Shown here piece after piece: positions 59,291-64,000 of a DNA stretch of 64,000 nucleotides (position 1 is its first letter; each line of letters begins with the position of its first letter). Under the pieces are notes generated by a model that saw nothing but the letters and a program-made list of their open reading frames with translations, was not told the DNA's origin and made no database searches. This DNA is from Candidatus Wirthbacteria bacterium (GTDB lineage Bacteria; Patescibacteriota; CG2-30-54-11), in the NCBI GenBank assembly GCA_903889905.1, contig CAISZI010000048.1, positions 70,668-134,667 of the forward strand. Direction: 5' to 3'. The translations under genes were made by a program, and so were the position numbers.

Positions 59291-59343
59291 ACCGCCATTA
59301 TAGACTTCTGCATTAACCGCAGCAAATGTATACAAACCAGCCG
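59291..59343 (-). promoter_or_regulatory. hsdM promoter (TTGCTG-N17-TATAAT) inside a ~55-bp module repeated upstream of rhuM
   Basis: Minus strand GGTTTGTATACATTTGCTGCGGTTAATGCAGAAGTCTATAATGGCGGTAGTG. The -10 is ~30 nt upstream of the hsdM ATG. About 84% identical to 61795-61851. Confidence 0.5.
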
Positions 59344-59371
59344 ATATTGTCAATATTATTGTTGACAATAT
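59344..59371 (+). promoter_or_regulatory. perfect 10-bp inverted repeat (ATATTGTCAA-N8-TTGACAATAT) overlapping a TTGACA -35 box upstream of mmpA; candidate operator
   Basis: Lies between divergent hsdM and mmpA. A nearby half-site-like direct repeat AATATTATTG occurs at 59352 and 59388. Confidence 0.4.
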
Positions 59372-59416
59372 ACAATATATAGTAAATAATATTATTGACT
59401 AATTCAAAGGAATCCC

Positions 59417-59881
59417 ATGAACACCCGCACCACCCAACTCGCCCGCACCCAGCTTGACGCCACGCTCAAGCCTCTAACCAAACTTGCCTCGACTTCCCGC
59501 CCACCCAAAGGCTGGATCCGCGCCATCCGCAATGCCCTGGGCATGAGTGGCGAGCAATTGGCGCGTCGTCTCGGCCTGACCAAACAGCGCATCGGCCGCA
59601 TCGAACAAGACGAAGCTGGGGATGGCATCACCTTCAAAACCATGCGCCATGTCGCCGAGGCGCTGGATTGTCATTTTGTCTATGCACTCATCCCCCGCAC
59701 CAGCCTCGAACAGTCCGTCCGAGACCAGGCTGCCAAAGTTGCTGCCAAACGACTGGCGCAAGTAAGCCACTCAATGATGCTCGAGAACCAACAGCTAACT
59801 GATGCAAATCAAACAAAAGCCTTGCAGTCCGAGGTCGAACGACTTATTGCCTCTTTGCCACGGACACTCTGGGATGACTAA
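59417..59881 (+). CDS. mobile mystery protein A (HTH-XRE family, TIGR02612-like)
   Basis: 154 aa. PKGWIRAIRNALGMSGEQLARRLGLTKQRIGRIEQDE…ITFKTMRHVAEALDCHFVYALIPRTSLE matches the mobile-mystery-protein-A pattern. Confidence 0.6.
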   Translation: MNTRTTQLARTQLDATLKPLTKLASTSRPPKGWIRAIRNALGMSGEQLARRLGLTKQRIGRIEQDEAGDGITFKTMRHVAEALDCHFVYALIPRTSLEQSVRDQAAKVAAKRLAQVSHSMMLENQQLTDANQTKALQSEVERLIASLPRTLWDD

Positions 59882-60458
59882 ATCAAATTCCTTCGGCACC
59901 ACCCCGATATCGCCGGATGAGCTGGACGGACTCAAACTGACCCATATCACTACAACGGAACAGCTCAATCGCTTCGAACAGGACAACATCACTGAGGCCA
60001 TGGACTGGCTCTCACGCCGTAAACCAACCAAGATATTGAACGAATCCTTTCTCAAATCCCTGCACCAGCATATGTTTGGGCTGGTGTGGAAATGGGCCGG
60101 AAAATTCCGCGCCACCGACAAAAATATTGGCATTCCGTGGCAATACATCGCGGTAGAAGTCCGCAAATTATGTGACGATACGCAATTTCAGATCGACCAT
60201 CAATCCTACTCACCCGATGAGATCGCTGCGCGCTTTCATCACCGCCTGGTACAGATCCATCCATTTCCAAACGGTAATGGCCGCCATAGCCGACTGATAA
60301 CAGACATTCTGCTGCAAAATGTATTACAGAAGCCGCCTTTCACCTGGGGCGGTGCAGCACTGCGTGACGCCGACGATCCTCGGCGTCAATATATTGGTGC
60401 GCTGCAAATGGCGGACAAGGGAGACATGGAAGCGCTGATGAAATTCGTGCGGTCCTGA
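59874..60458 (+). CDS. mobile mystery protein B (Fic-domain protein, TIGR02613-like)
   Basis: Start MTKSNS overlaps the mmpA stop by 8 nt. Fic motif HPFPNGNGRHSRL. ~194 aa. Confidence 0.65.
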   Translation: MTKSNSFGTTPISPDELDGLKLTHITTTEQLNRFEQDNITEAMDWLSRRKPTKILNESFLKSLHQHMFGLVWKWAGKFRATDKNIGIPWQYIAVEVRKLCDDTQFQIDHQSYSPDEIAARFHHRLVQIHPFPNGNGRHSRLITDILLQNVLQKPPFTWGGAALRDADDPRRQYIGALQMADKGDMEALMKFVRS

Positions 60459-60491
60459 GAAACAAGAAAAAACCATTTCCCGCGTTCTTTC

Positions 60492-61769
60492 CTATCTCTT
60501 GAGCATCATCATCACCAACCCAATCATCCTCTCCTTGTCCACCGGTTTGCTCTCGGCAATCAGCAGTGTCAGTGCGGTCAGGGCTTCGGGTGTAATCCGG
60601 GTCATGTCCAGCAGCCGCGCCCGTAGCAATAACCAGACAAAGGCAAACGCACCCGAGCGCTTGTTGCCATCGAATTCGATGGAATCAAAATCAGGATTAT
60701 GCAATTTCTCCCATAGCCCCAAAAACTAGATCGTGCCGGATTTGTATTGGTAGATGACCAGGCCTTGTTGGGGGGTATTCTTTGGCATGGTTACTTCTTC
60801 TCGGCTTTAGTGATTGGAGTCTTGAGGTATTTCTGGGCGACTCGGTCAAAATCCGACTCAAATGATCTATCCTGATCGATTCTGAACTCGTCGTATTCCT
60901 TCTCGGCTAGTTGCTTGGCGACGTCCGATGAAATCTTGCCGGAATCGGCCAATATCTCATAATCATTGAATTGCAAAAATGCGTCCAGCCTGATAGCCCA
61001 ATCTTTCATGGTCATGGTCTTGTGGCGTTCGGCCTGGGATTCGGCGTAATACGGAAACATCGGTTTTGAGGATTTTTCCTTTGGGACTGTTCTTCCAAGT
61101 TGTCAGGCCCATGTGCGGCCTGGAACTACTCGCACGTGAGGCGACGATCTCGGCGGCAGTGTGACCAGTGATGGCCCAGTGCAATTTGTTCTGGACGGTT
61201 TGGTAGAATTGGTGGGTGATGTCGGCCTTGGGGTCATAATCAATACTGCATTGCGCGTAGATATCGGTGATTTTTTGATAAAACCGCCGCTCCGACGCCC
61301 GGATTTCACGAATTCGTTCGAGTAACTGATCAAAGTAATCCTTGCCAAAGAAGTTGCCGTTTTTGAGACGCTCGTCGTCAAGGACAAAGCCCTTGATGAT
61401 AAATTCCCGAAGCGTTGTGGTTGCCCAGATGCGAAATTGAGTCGCTTTTTGGGAATTGACACGATAACCGACGGAAATGATGGCGTCGAGGTTGTAAAAA
61501 TTGGGTTCCCTCTCAACCATTCTCTCGCCTTCTTTTTGAACTATTCGAATTTTTCGAATAGTTGCCGCTTCATCTAGCTCGCCGCTCGCAAAAATCTCCT
61601 GGAGATGGTAGTTCACCGTATTAACTTCCACATCAAACAATTCAGCCATGGCTTTTTGGGTCAGCCAGACAGTTTCGTTTTGAACCAACACCTCCATTTT
61701 CACGTCGCCGTCGGGTGTCGTGTAGAGAAGAAATTGTGAAGATTGCGTCACGAGTTCTTTTTTTGCCAT
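60492..61769 (-). pseudogene. rhuM: disrupted rhuM-doc (RhuM/Fic-DOC) fusion gene carrying at least two frame changes
   Basis: The 61769-60963 frame encodes the RhuM N-terminal ~230 aa (…NLDAIISVGYRVNSQKATQFRIWATTTL…). The RhuM C-terminus (KDWAIRLDAFLQFNDYEILADSGKISSDVAKQLAEKEYDEF) continues in another frame (61060-60791). A Doc/Fic core remnant (IEFDGNKRSGAFAFVWLLL…) lies in a third frame (60722-60492). Confidence 0.5.
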
Positions 61770-61794
61770 AGGTCCCTCTGGTTATTTTATCCGC

Positions 61795-61851
61795 ACTGCC
61801 GTCATTATAAACTTCCGCACTTACCCCAGCAAATGTAAACAAACCGCTCGG
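61795..61851 (-). promoter_or_regulatory. rhuM promoter (TTGCTG-N17-TATAAT); second copy of the module found upstream of hsdM
   Basis: Minus strand CGGTTTGTTTACATTTGCTGGGGTAAGTGCGGAAGTTTATAATGACGGCAGTG. The -10 is ~35 nt upstream of the rhuM ATG at 61769. Confidence 0.5.
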
Positions 61852-62120
61852 CTAAAGAATCGGGCAAAAAAACACCCAACCAGGGTGGTTCAAAATGACT
61901 TCTTCGGCAATAGCCACAAGCCGATTCGATCTAAGCTCACGGTCCAAGACGAGCTCCGCGAGTCGAATGGCTGGGCCACTTGGTTTAGAACCAGAAATGA
62001 GACATTTGGGACAGTATAAAAAAGGGTGTCTCAATTTGTGAGTAAGCAAGCAAGTAAGTTGTCTTATCGGAAGTTTAATGGTATTTTATTAGTATCGCCA
62101 AACTCCAATTGAGGTAGTCT

Positions 62121-63212
62121 TTGTATACTCCCAAATTCACCATTACCACATCTATTGCCCAGGCATTGATGCGGATAGAAGCACACAAACAAGCGATAAG
62201 CGACCTGCCTATCACGCCGGATGTCCTGCTCCATCTGCGGGAAACCGCGCGTCTTGCAACGACTCATTATTCGACTGCGATTGAAGGTAATGACCTGGAA
62301 GAAGTAGAGGTTAAAAAAGTTATCCAGGGATCATCCAACATTCAGGGAAAAGAACGTGACACCGCAGAAGTCAAAGGCTATTATGCCGCACTCCAGAGAG
62401 TAGAACGACTCGCTGGAAAAAAATACCCTACCGAAAAGGATATCCAGACTATCCATGCACTCGTGATCGGTGGTGGCAGAAACCAGGTGAAACCTACACT
62501 CTATCGGACAGAACAGAACGTCATCAAAGACAGTCGATCCGGGACAATAGTCTACCTGCCACCCGAGGAAAAAGACGTTCCCCAGCTTATGGAGGATCTT
62601 GTTCTCTGGATAAAAAGCAGTTTGTACGAGCAGATCCCTCTACCACTCCGTGCTGGCATCGCCCATTATCAGTACGTCACGATCCACCCCTATCTGGATG
62701 GTAATGGCAGAACCGCCCGCCTGCTCACTACACTCATCGCTCATCAAGGCGGATATGATTTAAAAGGTATCTTTTCTGTGGAGGAATACTATGTGCAGAG
62801 CCTCCAACAATACTACGATGCCCTCTCACTCGGACTTTCCCATAATTATTACTTCGGCAGGCATGAAGCAGATATCACTCCCTGGCTAGAATACTTCTGC
62901 GCTGGAATGGCGGAAAGCTTTGATAAAATTCATCGTCAGGCGCAGAAGGCTGCAAAGGCAGGGCAACAGGATTTCTCACCCATTCTCCGTGACTTGGATC
63001 CGAGGCAACGAAAAGTACTGAGTCTATTCGTTCACAGTACCAGGATCACGACACGAGAGATCGCCACTTGTCTGAATATTTCGACCCGCGCTGCCAGTGC
63101 ATGGTGTCAAAAATGGGTCAATGACGGATTCCTTCGGATCATGAATCCAGCCAAAAGGAATCGTTCGTATGCACTGGGAAAGCAGTACGAAAGTTTGGTT
63201 GTTTATAGCTGA
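62121..63212 (+). CDS. Fic-family protein (Fic/DOC adenylyltransferase-like with C-terminal wHTH)
   Basis: 363 aa. Fic motif HPYLDGNGRTARLL. N-terminal inhibitory-helix-like segment (…TAIEGN…). C-terminal winged-helix region. Confidence 0.75.
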   Translation: MYTPKFTITTSIAQALMRIEAHKQAISDLPITPDVLLHLRETARLATTHYSTAIEGNDLEEVEVKKVIQGSSNIQGKERDTAEVKGYYAALQRVERLAGKKYPTEKDIQTIHALVIGGGRNQVKPTLYRTEQNVIKDSRSGTIVYLPPEEKDVPQLMEDLVLWIKSSLYEQIPLPLRAGIAHYQYVTIHPYLDGNGRTARLLTTLIAHQGGYDLKGIFSVEEYYVQSLQQYYDALSLGLSHNYYFGRHEADITPWLEYFCAGMAESFDKIHRQAQKAAKAGQQDFSPILRDLDPRQRKVLSLFVHSTRITTREIATCLNISTRAASAWCQKWVNDGFLRIMNPAKRNRSYALGKQYESLVVYS

Positions 63213-63218
63213 GATCTG

Positions 63219-64000
63219 ATGATAACCATCACTGACGAATACCTTGATCTTTATGCCTCTCTCTTTCGTGGTCGAGAGGAAACTTACGCACGCCATTGGG
63301 AAAAAAATGGGAGAAGCGGATACAGTCCTGCCTACGATCTGGACTGGTCAAAATTCATGGCGTTCAAAGCTCAGGGTGGATCGCTGAAAGACTTCCCAGA
63401 CAAAACACCTTTGCCGCTATCTCGGCTAGTGATCAAAAATCACCTCCTGGGAAAGCATGCGATCGGTATCTATCCACTCCTCGAGAATAATGAATCGTAT
63501 TTTATTGCTGCCGATTTCGATGGGCAGGATTGGATAGGCGAAAGTCGAGAACTCCTCAATTCATGCAAAGCCTATGGGCTGCCAGCGTATCTTGAGAGAT
63601 CACGATCGGGAGGAGGGGCGCATATCTGGTTATTTTTCGCGAATTCTTATCCAGCTGCAAAAAGCAGGCAGATCATCTTTGCACTCTTACGAAAAGTCTT
63701 GCACGTTTCTGAATTTGATAAGGAAATCAGTTTTGACCGGGTGTTTCCAAACCAGGATTATCATTCCGGCAAGGGGTTCGGTAACCTCATCGCCCTGCCG
63801 CTGAACGGAATTTCAGCAGACCAAGGAAACAGTGTTTTTCTGGATCCAGAAAACCTCACACCCTATACAGATCAATGGGAATACCTTTCGCATGTGGAAC
63901 GGATAAGTTCCGACACTCTCGACCGAGTGCTTGATCGAATTGCTGGTTATAGCCCCTTCAAAACGACAGTACGTGGAACGACAGAACCTCAAGCGTCTCT
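63219..64000 (+). CDS. 5' portion of a TOTE-like conflict-system protein: archaeo-eukaryotic primase (AEP) domain (gene runs off the window)
   Basis: Open frame from ATG 63219 to the window end (260 aa, no stop). Sequence …LFRGREETYARHWEKNGRSGYSPAY…FIAADFDGQDW…AYLERSRSGGGAHIWLFF…FDRVFPNQD…GFGNLIALPLNG closely follows the conserved blocks of TOTE AEP-domain proteins. Confidence 0.55.
   Translation, partial: MITITDEYLDLYASLFRGREETYARHWEKNGRSGYSPAYDLDWSKFMAFKAQGGSLKDFPDKTPLPLSRLVIKNHLLGKHAIGIYPLLENNESYFIAADFDGQDWIGESRELLNSCKAYGLPAYLERSRSGGGAHIWLFFANSYPAAKSRQIIFALLRKVLHVSEFDKEISFDRVFPNQDYHSGKGFGNLIALPLNGISADQGNSVFLDPENLTPYTDQWEYLSHVERISSDTLDRVLDRIAGYSPFKTTVRGTTEPQAS

Noticed and set aside
60492-60722. 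76-aa ORF as an independent gene
   Set aside because: It starts inside a Doc/Fic core motif (…IEFDGNKRSGA…), so it lacks the N-terminal half of the domain. It is interpreted as part of the decayed rhuM-doc fusion.
61852-62049. 65-aa minus-strand ORF and a 48-codon plus-strand ORF in the rhuM-fic spacer
   Set aside because: No RBS, no motifs, and they sit in the promoter/5' region of flanking genes. Probably non-coding.
1-64000. CRISPR arrays and cas genes
   Set aside because: No series of regularly spaced direct repeats was seen anywhere. The only repeat families found are the hsdR-5' duplication and the promoter module.
49739-64000. Integrase, transposase or IS element delimiting the island
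   Set aside because: None of the ORFs in the window has recombinase or transposase motifs, so mobility cannot be asserted from this window alone.

Overview
This is a 64-kb stretch of bacterial chromosome at roughly 50% GC. Envelope features look Gram-positive or Actinobacteria/Chloroflexi/CPR-like: an LAxTG-type sorting signal, a SipW/Sec11-like peptidase homolog, lipobox lipoproteins, a short YidC, and a PMT/Ppm1-like glycosylation cassette. The lineage cannot be fixed from sequence alone. Coding density is high, with many overlapping start/stop codons. Positions 1-49.7 kb mix housekeeping and accessory genes. These include guaA, tRNA-Val(GAC), a polyprenol-P-mannose synthase with two GT-C glycosyltransferases, a crtI-crtB-lycopene-cyclase carotenoid cluster, trmB and a SpoU-type RNA methyltransferase, an lpd-like oxidoreductase, rlmI, a MacB-like ABC pair, a 1039-aa DUF559-UvrD nuclease-helicase fusion, recQ, a CcdA-TlpA fusion, an FGE-domain protein, several SDRs, and many secreted, lipoprotein and zinc-ribbon hypotheticals. 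Positions 49.7-64 kb form a defense/mobile island, all assigned from sequence motifs alone. It carries a type I restriction-modification operon (hsdM-dinD-hsdS ... hsdR) interrupted by a Panacea-domain antitoxin/RelE-ParE-like toxin pair and a promoter-bearing DUF4143 AAA-ATPase cassette. That cassette is flanked by a duplicated 48-bp copy of the hsdR 5' end. The island continues with a PD-(D/E)xK nuclease-like orphan, 'mobile mystery proteins' A (HTH) and B (Fic), a decayed rhuM-doc fusion, a second Fic gene, and, cut by the window edge, a TOTE-like archaeo-eukaryotic-primase (AEP) conflict-system gene. The most unusual arrangement I found is the island's modular structure: the hsdR-5' duplication flanking the DUF4143 cassette and a ~55-bp promoter module shared by hsdM and rhuM. 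Other uncharacterised candidates are the DUF559-UvrD fusion and a three-gene membrane/zinc-ribbon/secreted cluster at 13.6-17.3 kb.
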